Made by a program: the position numbers and the translations under genes. From NCBI GenBank assembly GCA_050251055.1, contig JBFWNL010000001.1, forward strand, positions 107,825-171,824: a DNA stretch of 64,000 nucleotides. Direction: 5' to 3'. Shown here one piece after another: positions 11,603 through 20,872 of the stretch (positions within the stretch are counted from its first letter, which is position 1; every line of letters starts with the position of its first letter). The notes beneath the pieces were generated by a model, which had not been told where the DNA came from, did no database searches, and saw only the letters and a list, made by a program, of their open reading frames with translations. Origin of the DNA: Bacteriovoracia bacterium. Its GTDB lineage: Bacteria > Bdellovibrionota > UBA1018 > JBFWNL01.

Positions 11603-13023
11603 ATTTGTTTCAGTTCTTGGGTTTTAGGGTGTTGAGGGTCTACGTCATTTGCGTATTGATACGCACTGTGGACTACGGGTTTGGAAGCGGCGGCCCACTC
11701 ATCGAGCATGAGCAGCATGTTGGGTGACACCAGGCCCGTGCTGTGTACGCGCAGTTCCGAGGCGTGCTTGGCGAGCATGAGGGCGGTGCCGGCTAGGTGG
11801 TAGTAGCCGAGCAGATTGCGGGGATCGACGCTGATCTTGGCGATGAGCAGGGCTTGAATTTGAGCGAGCTTCGTCGCGAGTTCCACCGAGTCGCGCACGG
11901 CCGCGGCCTGGCGCAGATCGATCGTCGTAAGCAGGCTGTCCACGAGCGCACGCCCCGCCTGGAGGTCTTCCGATAACTTAATGGAGCCCACGATTTCCCG
12001 AAGCAGGCTCACGGCCGCTTCTCCCTCCGCGCCCGCCGGACGATCCAGGATCAAAGCCTGGTGCTTGCCATAGGGATTCACGAGTACGATACGTTCTTGG
12101 GCCCGTTTGGCATTCGTGCCCGTCAGCCAAAATCCGCGCGCCCAAAATTCCCGGGGTAGGATGGGGTTGGCCACCTCGAACCATTTCAGGCTCCAGGCCT
12201 GTGGGCGCACGGCCCGTAGCGCCTTCACATGGCGGATCAACACGGCTTCGCGGATGCGCAGGCAACGGAACGAAGAGTTCCAGGCCTGGGTCAGGCACCC
12301 GCGGGTGATTTCGGGGTCGTACTCGGCAAGTTCCAGGGTGGGGGTTTTGGGCCCTTCGATCGTGAGCTGAATGTCAGGCAACCGCCAACGCGCGACGACC
12401 GAGGCGATAAACTGCTTGGGGGGGGCCTTCGCGTAGGGAATCGTATGCAAGACGGGCCTGCCCTCGTACATCCGGGGCCAGGCGCCGGACGCGTAAAAGA
12501 AGGGCAGGGTCAGCCAGTCGGAAGCGTTCACCCCGGGCTGCGAAGGGGTGAAGACGGGAAGCGTGAGGGTTTCCGCTTGGAGCAAAAGAGGGTGTCGCCA
12601 AAGCGTATCCCGAATCGTCCAGATTGAGCCCGCGAGCGCGATGAGCGTAAAGAAGAGCGCCGTCGACAGGGCAGAAACACTCATCTTTTCGATTTGATAG
12701 AGCCTGGCTTGAAAGAAGGACTTGAGCGTGCCGCTGGACCAAGTAAACGGGCTGTGGTCGGGACTCAAGAGTTTGCTTTGCCAGATCAGCTGGCCGACGG
12801 TGCCACCCAGGAACGCCTGCTGGGCGATCCACGTCAGGGCGATCACCACGGCGAAGGCGGCGAGCACACCCGCATGCGGAATCGGCGAGAGATTGAATAC
12901 GCGCACGCCGAGATAAAAGAGCGCGGTCCACCAGCTCAGATCCACGAAGAACGCGGCCAAGCGGGTGAGGAGCGTGGCTTTTGATTTGTAGGCCGAATGG
13001 CCGCGCAATTCGGGTCCGGTCAC
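11578..13023 (-). CDS. RDD-like membrane protein with large soluble C-terminal domain
   Basis: ATLLTRLAAFFVD and GGTVGQ RDD-like motifs; about 3 TM segments. Confidence 0.65.
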   Translation of the reverse strand: MTGPELRGHSAYKSKATLLTRLAAFFVDLSWWTALFYLGVRVFNLSPIPHAGVLAAFAVVIALTWIAQQAFLGGTVGQLIWQSKLLSPDHSPFTWSSGTLKSFFQARLYQIEKMSVSALSTALFFTLIALAGSIWTIRDTLWRHPLLLQAETLTLPVFTPSQPGVNASDWLTLPFFYASGAWPRMYEGRPVLHTIPYAKAPPKQFIASVVARWRLPDIQLTIEGPKTPTLELAEYDPEITRGCLTQAWNSSFRCLRIREAVLIRHVKALRAVRPQAWSLKWFEVANPILPREFWARGFWLTGTNAKRAQERIVLVNPYGKHQALILDRPAGAEGEAAVSLLREIVGSIKLSEDLQAGRALVDSLLTTIDLRQAAAVRDSVELATKLAQIQALLIAKISVDPRNLLGYYHLAGTALMLAKHASELRVHSTGLVSPNMLLMLDEWAAASKPVVHSAYQYANDVDPQHPKTQELKQIWLESQKY

Positions 13024-13027
13024 CGAT

Positions 13028-13055
13028 TTGACTCCTATCCTATTGAGGTTACACT
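13028..13055 (+). promoter_or_regulatory. sigma70-like promoter of flbD-motAB
   Basis: TTGACT-N16-TACACT, 10 nt upstream of the flbD ATG. Confidence 0.5.
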
Positions 13056-13065
13056 AAAAGTGACG

Positions 13066-13293
13066 ATGATCAAGCTGACCCGGCTCAACGGTAAGTCCTT
13101 CATCTTGAATTGCGAGTGGATCAAAACGGTCGAGGCGACGCCCGACACGCTCATTACGTTAACCAACGGTGAAAAATTCATGGTGCGCGAACCTCTGGCC
13201 GACGTGATCGACGCTGCCGTTACGTTCCGCCGTCGATTGTTCCTTGACGAAGGCCACGTGCGCGGGCCCAACCCAGAAGGGGGCTCGCCTTAA
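13066..13293 (+). CDS. flbD: flagellar protein FlbD/SwrD
   Basis: MIKLTRLNG..FILN..WI..VEATPDTLITL.NGEK..VRE signature; directly upstream of motA. Confidence 0.92.
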   Translation: MIKLTRLNGKSFILNCEWIKTVEATPDTLITLTNGEKFMVREPLADVIDAAVTFRRRLFLDEGHVRGPNPEGGSP

Positions 13294-13295
13294 AT

Positions 13296-14066
13296 ATGGA
13301 TATCGCTTCGCTAGTAGGGTCACTCGTCGGGGTGCTCGCCGTCGTCGGCGGACAAGTTTTGGAAGGCGGCCACGTCAGCCAAATCCTGCAGGGCACGGCG
13401 GCCCTGATCGTATGCGGGGGCACCTTGGGCGCGGCGCTCGTTTCCTATCCGATGCAAGATATCAAGCGCGCCATCTCGCTTATCCCGCTCGTTTACCAGA
13501 ATGTGAACATGGACGTGCGCCCCGTGATCGACGAGATCGTGAAGATCGCGAGCATCGCGCGCAAGGAAGGCGTGCTCGCCGTCGAAGGCCAGCGCGAATC
13601 CATCCAAAACGAGCTCTTCAAGAAATCCATCAAGTACGTCATCGATGGATTCGAGCCTGCCACCGTGAAGGAAATCATCGATACGGAAATTTACCTTGCC
13701 CTGGAAGAAGAAGAGTCCGCCGCCAAGGTTTTTGAGGGCGCGGGGGGTTACGCGCCCACGATCGGCATCATCGGCGCGGTGTTGGGGCTCATTCACGTCA
13801 TGTCCATGCTCGACGATCCCTCAAAGATCGGCGAGGGCATCGCCGTCGCATTCGTCGCCACGGTCTACGGCGTCGGCCTCTCGAACCTGATTTTGATCCC
13901 CTGGGGCACGAAGCTCAAGCGTAAGGCCGCGCAGCGCGCGCAGACGAAGGAAGTCGTGAAGATCGGCGTGATCGGCATCCAGGAAGGTTTGAACCCGCAT
14001 TTCCTGCAGGAAAAACTCGAAGTTTACGTGGAAGAGCATCTGCGCCGCGTGGAAGGCAAGGCGTAG
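13296..14066 (+). CDS. motA: flagellar stator protein MotA (set 1)
   Basis: ARKEGVLAVE, GGYAPTIGIIGAVLGLI, AVAFVATVYGV, GIQEGLNP. Confidence 0.95.
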   Translation: MDIASLVGSLVGVLAVVGGQVLEGGHVSQILQGTAALIVCGGTLGAALVSYPMQDIKRAISLIPLVYQNVNMDVRPVIDEIVKIASIARKEGVLAVEGQRESIQNELFKKSIKYVIDGFEPATVKEIIDTEIYLALEEEESAAKVFEGAGGYAPTIGIIGAVLGLIHVMSMLDDPSKIGEGIAVAFVATVYGVGLSNLILIPWGTKLKRKAAQRAQTKEVVKIGVIGIQEGLNPHFLQEKLEVYVEEHLRRVEGKA

Positions 14067-14075
14067 GTTCCGACG

Positions 14076-14873
14076 ATGCCGCCCGGCCGTAAAAAACACG
14101 CCGAGCACGCCAACCACGAACGCTGGCTCGTGTCTTACGCCGATTTCATCACGCTGCTCTTCGCGTTCTTCGTGATCATGTACGCGATTTCCCAAGCCGA
14201 CCTAGCCAAGTTCAAAACCGTATCCGAAAGCATCCGTAAGGCCTTTGGCGCCTCGGGACCAGTGGGAATGATCGACCTGCACGGGCAAGGGGGCGGCACG
14301 ACGGTCAATCCGCTTGACGAAGCTGCGCAACCCGCCGGCCGCGTGTTGGATTTGCCGGCCGGCAAGGTGCACACCGCGGCTGACCCCGATCCCGAGCTGC
14401 AGAACTTGAAAGAGCTGATGGAGGAGGCGATCAGCATCGATGTGGCCGCTTCCTCGTTGAACGATAGCCAAATGATTTTTGAAGGCAAGAATCTGATCGT
14501 GAAGCTCGCGGTAAAGGATTTCTTCGGTGCGGGCAAAGTCGGCGTGGAACAGGACCTGTTGCCCTTGCTCGATCGCATCGGGCGCATCCTCGCCAACTCG
14601 GATCGCGTGCTCCGAATCGAGGGGCATTCCGACGAAAGCGAGGAGAAGACGCCGGGCTTCGCCGGTGGCTGGGAGCTTTCCGCCGCGCGCGCCGCGTGGG
14701 TCGCTAAGTACTGGATGGGGCGCTTTCATATCGACCCGCTGCGCTTGGGCGTGGTGGGGTACTCGCATTTTCGCCCGCTGCGTAAAGGCGGTACGGAGTG
14801 GGATCGCGCGGCGAACCGCCGCATCGAAATCGTCATTTTGAGCGACAAAGTAGTCGCCAAGGGCTCCCACTAG
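14076..14873 (+). CDS. motB: flagellar stator protein MotB (set 1)
   Basis: HERWLVSYADFITLLFAFF; OmpA-like domain with EGHSD, WELSAARA, NRRIEI. Confidence 0.95.
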   Translation: MPPGRKKHAEHANHERWLVSYADFITLLFAFFVIMYAISQADLAKFKTVSESIRKAFGASGPVGMIDLHGQGGGTTVNPLDEAAQPAGRVLDLPAGKVHTAADPDPELQNLKELMEEAISIDVAASSLNDSQMIFEGKNLIVKLAVKDFFGAGKVGVEQDLLPLLDRIGRILANSDRVLRIEGHSDESEEKTPGFAGGWELSAARAAWVAKYWMGRFHIDPLRLGVVGYSHFRPLRKGGTEWDRAANRRIEIVILSDKVVAKGSH

Positions 14874-14957
14874 GCCCGCCCTAACCAAAACGTCAAAATA
14901 TAATCTGCGAAATTTCTGCCGGACCCCCGTAGAATTTAAGAAAGAAAGGTGGCAAGG

Positions 14958-15851
14958 ATGCCCCGAAAATACTTCGTCGCCCTGCTATTGGGCGCGCTCT
15001 TAGCGGTTCCTGGCGCAGATGCCGCGCAGCTTTCGATTCTGACCTACAATGTCTTCGGTTTGCCGGCGCCCGTCGGCGGTAAGGCAGCTAAGGCGAAGTG
15101 GCGCTTCGCCGAGATCGCCGCGCGCTTGGGGGATTACGACGTCGTCGCTTTGCAGGAGGCGTGGGACAAGCCGACGGCCGATCTCATCAAGAAATCCGAC
15201 TTGCCCCATCATGCCACCGGTCCCAAGCCCCAGCAGCTCTTCGGCGGCAACGGCCTCATCACGCTATCCAGGTATCCGATCGTGAAAAAGGGATTCCGCG
15301 AGTTCCGCGACTGCACGGGGTTTGACTGTTTCGCCAAGAAAGGCGTGCTCTGGACGCGGTTGAATTTGGGGGCCGGTCGCGCGCTCGACGTTTACAACAC
15401 GCACTTGAATGCCTGGGATAAGGGTATCGGCGGCGACGAAGGCATGCGCGTGCGCATGAGCCAGATTATGGAGCTCGGGATGTTCATTTGGCAGAATAGC
15501 TCCGGCGTCCCGTTTGTCCTGATGGGAGACATGAACGCGGAGGCGGACTCGCCCGAGTACGAACGCATTCGGGCGCTTACCCACGGCGTGGATGTGTATC
15601 GGGTCGCCAACGGCGCGAGCGGCGACCCCGAGATCGCCCATGGCCCCACCTACGTCGCGGGCGAGAACTCCTGGATTCCAGACTTCATGAAGGCTTTCGT
15701 CAAGCCTCAGCGCATCGACTACATTTGGGTCAGCGGCGCGCGTGACCTTAAAGTGCGTGAGGCGCGACGGAACTACATGCTCGTGGATCACGACGGCGAG
15801 CGGGTGAATCTCTCCGATCACTTCGGCGTCGAAACCGAGATCGATATCTAA
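14958..15851 (+). CDS. secreted endonuclease/exonuclease/phosphatase-family hydrolase (sphingomyelinase-like)
   Basis: LTYNV, LQEAW, YNTHL, MGDMN, RIDYI, LSDHFGV; signal peptide. Confidence 0.88.
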   Translation: MPRKYFVALLLGALLAVPGADAAQLSILTYNVFGLPAPVGGKAAKAKWRFAEIAARLGDYDVVALQEAWDKPTADLIKKSDLPHHATGPKPQQLFGGNGLITLSRYPIVKKGFREFRDCTGFDCFAKKGVLWTRLNLGAGRALDVYNTHLNAWDKGIGGDEGMRVRMSQIMELGMFIWQNSSGVPFVLMGDMNAEADSPEYERIRALTHGVDVYRVANGASGDPEIAHGPTYVAGENSWIPDFMKAFVKPQRIDYIWVSGARDLKVREARRNYMLVDHDGERVNLSDHFGVETEIDI

Positions 15852-15953
15852 ATAATAATAGCAATATCAAATAGTTAACATAATGCGGGGCGTGTGCTAT
15901 GTGCGCTGCGTTGGTTGACTAACGAGGGAGGCCTCAGTAAGGTCCCTCGCGAG

Positions 15954-17555
15954 ATGAGAAGAGGGAAGTTAGGCTGCACGCTCAGTAGGTTCGCGCTTGC
16001 GCTGTTCGCGGCGGGCTTGCCGGTGGTCTGGGCCGGACCGCTGTTGGACAGCTTGCAAGATCCTGCGGTCCAATCGGAACTGAGCCGCGTGAGTCTCGCC
16101 GTGCCGACGCTCAACCGCGTGACCCTGCTTCACCTGGGGCGTACGGCCTTGCCGGCCCGGGTGGCGGAAATCAACGCCGCCGAAAACTATATCTTCCAAA
16201 TCATTCCCTATTGGTATGACGACGACGAGGGGCGCGCGATGCTCGATCGCTTTCGCACGCGTCGCACCGAGCATCCGGGGTTGGATGTGCGCTTCATCAC
16301 CGATTGGGTGAGCCCGGCGGGAACGGGCGACCTTTTCGTGAGCAAGCAATATAAACAGCTCAAGCTCGTATCGGGTGGCCAACTCGCGTATTGGAATCCG
16401 CCTACCTGGCTGAAGCTCTGGTCCGGGAAACTCAGTCGCTATCACCTGCACGAAAAACTGATTGTGGTGGACGGCAAGAAGCTCATCATGGGCGGGCTGA
16501 ACGTAGCCAACGAATACCTGCAAGGCGGAGAAACGCGCGAGGGGTGGCACGACACGGATGTGTTGCTGGAGGGCCCGGTGGCGCAGGAAGGGGCGAGCCT
16601 CTTCGTGAAGATTTGGCAGCTCATCCGGCATATTAAAAAACACAAATTTTTTCCGGACTTTTCGCGCGATGTGGTCCGCGTTCTCGATGCGCTCTTTTAT
16701 TCCGACGCGGCCTCCAACCTCGATTCCCCCCGCGCCGATGATCTGAGTTATCGGTTTTTCTTTTGGAAAGTCAAAGTGAAGCTGGGCATTCAAGACTATT
16801 TGGCGAATCCCTTTTACTTTCCGCGTGGCCTCGCGGAGCCCGCGGACGGGGTACCGGTGCGGCTGATGTATACGAATCCCTTAGTGAATCGCGATCCCAA
16901 GACGCTCGCTTACCGCTCGCCGCTGCGGGACACGATGGAGTTACTCGGGCGTTATGCGAAACAGGAGCTACGGCTTTTCGTCCCGTACATGACATTCTCG
17001 CCCGAGTTCAAGCGGTGGCTGACGGATTTGGCCCGAGCCGGGATGCGGGTGGAAGTCATTACGAATTCACTGAAGAGCCACGATATCGGGAAGATCCCTT
17101 ACTACGCCGCGCTTTCGCATTACCGCGAGCTGCTGGAGGCGGGGGTGAGAATTTTTGAATGGCAGGGACATGAAGACCTGCTGGAGCTGGAGAAGGCGAA
17201 CCACTGCGAGATCCCGCGGGGTTGGTGGCCGGGTCGCACGATCCACACCAAGGCGGCGGTGTTCGATGGCGAGGTCTGGCTAGTGGGCGCGCATAACTTC
17301 AACGTGCGCAGCGAATACTTTAACTCCGAGACCATGGCGCTGATCGAGGACCCGCTCTCGGCCGGGCAGATGCGCCAGGTGTTCGAAGACGACCTAGATC
17401 TCGCTCCCGCCGACGGTTACCAGGTGAAGTGCGGTGATCAGATGCTCACCCGCCCGCGGCGAGTGGAGGAGATCGACTTGGCGAAGTTTGCGGCGATGGA
17501 AAAAAAGCATCGGGCCAAGATCCGTACTTACAAAAAATTTCAGAATTATTTTTGA
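15954..17555 (+). CDS. phospholipase D family protein
   Basis: Two HKD motifs (HEKLIVVD..GGLN; HTKAAVFD..GAHN); signal peptide. Confidence 0.9.
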   Translation: MRRGKLGCTLSRFALALFAAGLPVVWAGPLLDSLQDPAVQSELSRVSLAVPTLNRVTLLHLGRTALPARVAEINAAENYIFQIIPYWYDDDEGRAMLDRFRTRRTEHPGLDVRFITDWVSPAGTGDLFVSKQYKQLKLVSGGQLAYWNPPTWLKLWSGKLSRYHLHEKLIVVDGKKLIMGGLNVANEYLQGGETREGWHDTDVLLEGPVAQEGASLFVKIWQLIRHIKKHKFFPDFSRDVVRVLDALFYSDAASNLDSPRADDLSYRFFFWKVKVKLGIQDYLANPFYFPRGLAEPADGVPVRLMYTNPLVNRDPKTLAYRSPLRDTMELLGRYAKQELRLFVPYMTFSPEFKRWLTDLARAGMRVEVITNSLKSHDIGKIPYYAALSHYRELLEAGVRIFEWQGHEDLLELEKANHCEIPRGWWPGRTIHTKAAVFDGEVWLVGAHNFNVRSEYFNSETMALIEDPLSAGQMRQVFEDDLDLAPADGYQVKCGDQMLTRPRRVEEIDLAKFAAMEKKHRAKIRTYKKFQNYF

Positions 17556-17564
17556 GGTTCCGGC

Positions 17565-18404
17565 ATGACGCGCGTCCCATTTTATCAATTCGATGCCTTC
17601 GCCTCCCGTGCATTTCAAGGGAACCCGGCGGCGGTATGCCTGCTGCCGGCCGAACGGGGGTGGCCCGCAGATGCGCTTCTGCAAAAAATCGCGTTTGAGA
17701 ACAATCTTTCCGAGACGGCATTTGTTTTGGTGGCCGCCGGGCCCTCGCTTGGGCCGATGGGCTTGCGTTGGTTCACGCCGAAAGTGGAGATCGATCTTTG
17801 CGGACACGGCACGCTAGCCACCGCCGCGGCGTTGCGCGTGCATTTTGGCGGCGGCGAGCGTTGGGAGTTCGAAACGCGGAGCGGAAAACTCGTCGTCGAC
17901 TGGCGTGGCGATGAGCTGGAGTTGAACTTTCCCCGACGCGAGCTTGCGCGTCTACCCGGGCTCCCAACGGAGGCCGTGAACGCTTTGGGTGAGGCGGCTT
18001 CCCAGGTGCGGGAAGTTTGGCAGTGGAAGAAGGACGCGGTGATTGCCGTCTTCGCCCAAGCGGCGCAGGTGTGCGGGCTTACGGTAGACGGCGAAAAGTT
18101 ACTTTCACTGGGACAGAGTCTTTGCGTGACGGGGCCGGGGGATGAGGTGGATTATGTTCTGCGCTACTTCGCTTCCCACGAGGGGATCGTCGAGGATCCC
18201 GTCACCGGCTCCGCCCAATGCTACCTGGCCCCCTATTGGGGTGAACGCCTGGGGAAGGCGCGGCTCTTGGCCCGACAGGTCTCGGAGCGGGGTGGGGAGC
18301 TCACGTGCCGGCTCTTGCCCGAAAACCGGCTCGGAATCGCGGGAAAAGCGCATTTGATCATTCGCGGAGAGTTCTATTTACCGGCCGATGACGGCACGCA
18401 TTAA
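17565..18404 (+). CDS. PhzF-family isomerase
   Basis: DAF....FQGNPAAV, NLSETAF, LRWFTP..EIDLCGHGTLA, EDPVTGSA. Confidence 0.93.
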   Translation: MTRVPFYQFDAFASRAFQGNPAAVCLLPAERGWPADALLQKIAFENNLSETAFVLVAAGPSLGPMGLRWFTPKVEIDLCGHGTLATAAALRVHFGGGERWEFETRSGKLVVDWRGDELELNFPRRELARLPGLPTEAVNALGEAASQVREVWQWKKDAVIAVFAQAAQVCGLTVDGEKLLSLGQSLCVTGPGDEVDYVLRYFASHEGIVEDPVTGSAQCYLAPYWGERLGKARLLARQVSERGGELTCRLLPENRLGIAGKAHLIIRGEFYLPADDGTH

Positions 18405-18479
18405 TCTCGCCTAAGGCCCTGAAAGGGCTTGCAAAGGCGCTACCGCGCCGGTAATTAATAGAAACATTTTTCGGAAGAT

Positions 18480-18555
18480 GGGGCATTAGCTCAGTTGGTA
18501 GAGCGCCACAATGGCATTGTGGAGGCCATCGGTTCGACCCCGGTATGCTCCACCA
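18480..18555 (+). tRNA. tRNA-Ala(GGC)
   Basis: Cloverleaf; GGGGCAT/ATGCTCC acceptor stem with G3:U70; anticodon arm CCACA-ATGGCAT-TGTGG; GGTTCGA T-loop; encoded CCA. Confidence 0.97.
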
Positions 18556-18745
18556 TTCTTCAACCGCACACAAAAATATTCCTACCCATACGCTGTGTAT
18601 TTTCACGACCTGCCAGGGGGACGCCCATCCATGGGCTCGACTCCTCAGCGCCATCGTGGCCCGGAGACGCCCCCTGGCAGGTCGTGAAAATACACAGCGT
18701 ATGGGTACGAGAGTTCTCGGGTGCGGTTGAAGAATGGTGGAGCAT
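18545..18745. repeat. long inverted repeat: 76-bp arms (18545-18620 and 18670-18745) with 49-bp spacer, left arm includes the tRNA-Ala 3' end
   Basis: 25 bp identical + 13-bp block with 7 mismatches + 38 bp identical, compared base by base. Confidence 0.95.
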
Positions 18746-18797
18746 GGATACGGGAGGGCGCGCGGCGGCGGCGCCGGGTTCTGGGAAGTATTTGTGT

Positions 18798-19430
18798 TTA
18801 ATCCGCTACAGCCTGCTCGAAGAGCCCTCGCATAGGGTCTACACTGCTTGGAAGGTATCCAATCGGAAAAATATAGAGAGCTACCGCTTCCGATGGCTTT
18901 TGCGATAAACGCCCCGAGTTTAAGATAATATTACATTCCTTGTTTTTCCAAAGTCGGAGTGTGTGCGTGAACGCTTCCTCGTTATACTTAATTTCTTTCT
19001 TAGGCTTGCCGTATTTAGTTACAAGCTCCTCTAGAGCTTGTGCTTCCGTCACCTTTCTTAAGCCTTCATGATAGGAGAGTTTCACGGTAGTTATCTTTGA
19101 GTTTTTCCATTCAAGAACGAGATATCCAAAAGGCCCATTCGGCTCGCCTCTTAGCGGGCAATAACCCCCATCGAATGTGAATTTGGGAGAAATTTTGCGT
19201 CCGCTAGCGTTTACGCTTAAGTCTGCCTTGCATGCGCTTAAAATGGTGTCGCCAGTTTTAGAATATTCCCCCTTCCACTGGGAAGGTTTTAGATGGGAGA
19301 GAAATGCCTTAACATCTGAGATAAAAGTAATTCCTCTTATCTCACACTCAGCTGAATGACCGAGATGCCAATATGCAATCAAAGATAGGGCAAGAATTAA
19401 CCTTTTCTTGATTTTTTTTCCAATGACCAC
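18798..19430 (-). CDS. AT-rich secreted hypothetical protein
   Basis: GTG at 19430 with GGAGG RBS; KKR + hydrophobic signal peptide; visibly lower GC than flanks. Confidence 0.65.
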   Translation of the reverse strand: MVIGKKIKKRLILALSLIAYWHLGHSAECEIRGITFISDVKAFLSHLKPSQWKGEYSKTGDTILSACKADLSVNASGRKISPKFTFDGGYCPLRGEPNGPFGYLVLEWKNSKITTVKLSYHEGLRKVTEAQALEELVTKYGKPKKEIKYNEEAFTHTLRLWKNKECNIILNSGRLSQKPSEAVALYIFPIGYLPSSVDPMRGLFEQAVAD

Positions 19431-19548
19431 GCGTGTTTGCCTCCAGAGCCACGTCGAGTGCTCGACCGATTTTATAATTTTTTTTGAAAACGAACGAGAG
19501 CAAAAATTTGAGCCGAATCCAAAAATCACCTAAACTGGACAAATCTTT

Positions 19549-20145
19549 ATGGCCCGGCATTTACGCAAAGACCGACGGGGATTCACCTTGGTTGAGCTCA
19601 TGGTCGTCGTTACGATCTTGGGCCTATTGGCTGCGATCGCCGTTACGAGCTATGGTCGGATCCAGAATCGCGTTCGTCAGGGAGAAGCAAAAGTCGCATT
19701 GGCCAGCATCTACACGGCGCTGCGGTCTTTTCACGCTTCCAACGGCAGTTATACCGGGTGTTTGGTAAATGCGGGGTTTGGCCCGACGACGAACGCTCAG
19801 CGTTTTTACTCCGTTGGATTTGGCCCCGGTACGGCGGCCATGGTGCTCTTCTGCGGTCCTGCGGGAAACGCCCGTTGTGACCTATACGATTGGACCGTGG
19901 GCGCTGAGCGTAGCTGCACTGATTTGAATGGTAACCCGAGCCTGAGCGGTGAGGGCACGGAGTTTTTCTCCGCCAACGCCGCCATTGGGGGAACCTCGGC
20001 CCAGGCCCTCGACTTGGTAGGCACGACGACCCTTGCCCCGGGTGGATTCCGAGCCGGAGCCGCCGGACGTTTGAGCTCCGGGATGCTGGATGTTTGGACA
20101 ATCGACGAAACCAAGCGGCTCAATCAGGAGCAGGTGGGGATATAG
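19549..20145 (+). CDS. type IV pilin (PilA-like)
   Basis: Prepilin cleavage/methylation motif RRG|FTLVELMVVV; RQGEAKVALASIY helix; Cys pairs. Confidence 0.9.
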   Translation: MARHLRKDRRGFTLVELMVVVTILGLLAAIAVTSYGRIQNRVRQGEAKVALASIYTALRSFHASNGSYTGCLVNAGFGPTTNAQRFYSVGFGPGTAAMVLFCGPAGNARCDLYDWTVGAERSCTDLNGNPSLSGEGTEFFSANAAIGGTSAQALDLVGTTTLAPGGFRAGAAGRLSSGMLDVWTIDETKRLNQEQVGI

Positions 20146-20239
20146 GGTCTTACCGCGCTTCATTTAAGTTGACTAAAATAATCCACTATATTAGATTGCT
20201 CCCGTCTCGAACTATTCAGATGAACGACAGGAGCCCCGA

Positions 20240-20872
20240 ATGCGTACCGCTGGATTGTCTATTTTATTGATTTCATTAGCTATTTTAGGTTGCGCGAATA
20301 AGGAAACGATCAAGCGCGGACGCCTTTCTCAGAACCAGGCCGCGATGACGGCATCTGATTTTGCCGGCAGCTGGGTGGGTAAGGGTACGGGGCGCTCGGA
20401 GCTGGGGAAGGCCTTCGGAAAACGAAACTTGGGCCGGGTGAGCTGCGAAAAGCTCGAGTCCCTCATCCATAGTAAAGAAAACCGTATGCATTATGAGCTC
20501 CGCGCCCAGTGCGTGGACGATAGCGGCGTTGTCTTTCACTTCGACAACGCGGGCTACCTGCAGATTAAAGAAGGTGAAGTGCTTTTTCACGCGGCTCCCA
20601 CTTCGGAGCAAGAAAGCGCGACGCTGACCGTGGGTAAGATTTCCGCGGGCGGCATCGAGATCGATATGTCGGCCCCGCATCGCGGGTTCCGCGGCCATAC
20701 GGTCAATCTCAAGGGGACGGTGGCGAAAGCCTCCGCGAACAAACTGAAGGTGGACCTGGTTTTCGAGGTCGATTTCTTCGATCTCGACTTCGATATTCCC
20801 TTCGCGCAATTCAGCGCGGAATTTGATCGGACCGAAGCGAAGTCGCCTTCGGAGAAGCCGAAGCAGCCGTAA
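20240..20872 (+). CDS. hypothetical lipoprotein
   Basis: AGGAG RBS; ILGC lipobox; beta-rich body. Confidence 0.75.
   Translation: MRTAGLSILLISLAILGCANKETIKRGRLSQNQAAMTASDFAGSWVGKGTGRSELGKAFGKRNLGRVSCEKLESLIHSKENRMHYELRAQCVDDSGVVFHFDNAGYLQIKEGEVLFHAAPTSEQESATLTVGKISAGGIEIDMSAPHRGFRGHTVNLKGTVAKASANKLKVDLVFEVDFFDLDFDIPFAQFSAEFDRTEAKSPSEKPKQP

Noticed and set aside
18545-18745. Two near-identical 61-aa ORFs on opposite strands (MLHHSSTA...)
   Set aside because: By-product of the inverted repeat; one starts inside the tRNA
18545-18745. Retron msr-msd, attL/attR or CRISPR interpretation of the repeat
   Set aside because: No reverse transcriptase, integrase or cas gene in the window; the repeat is inverted and present only once; no direct copy of the tRNA end was seen downstream
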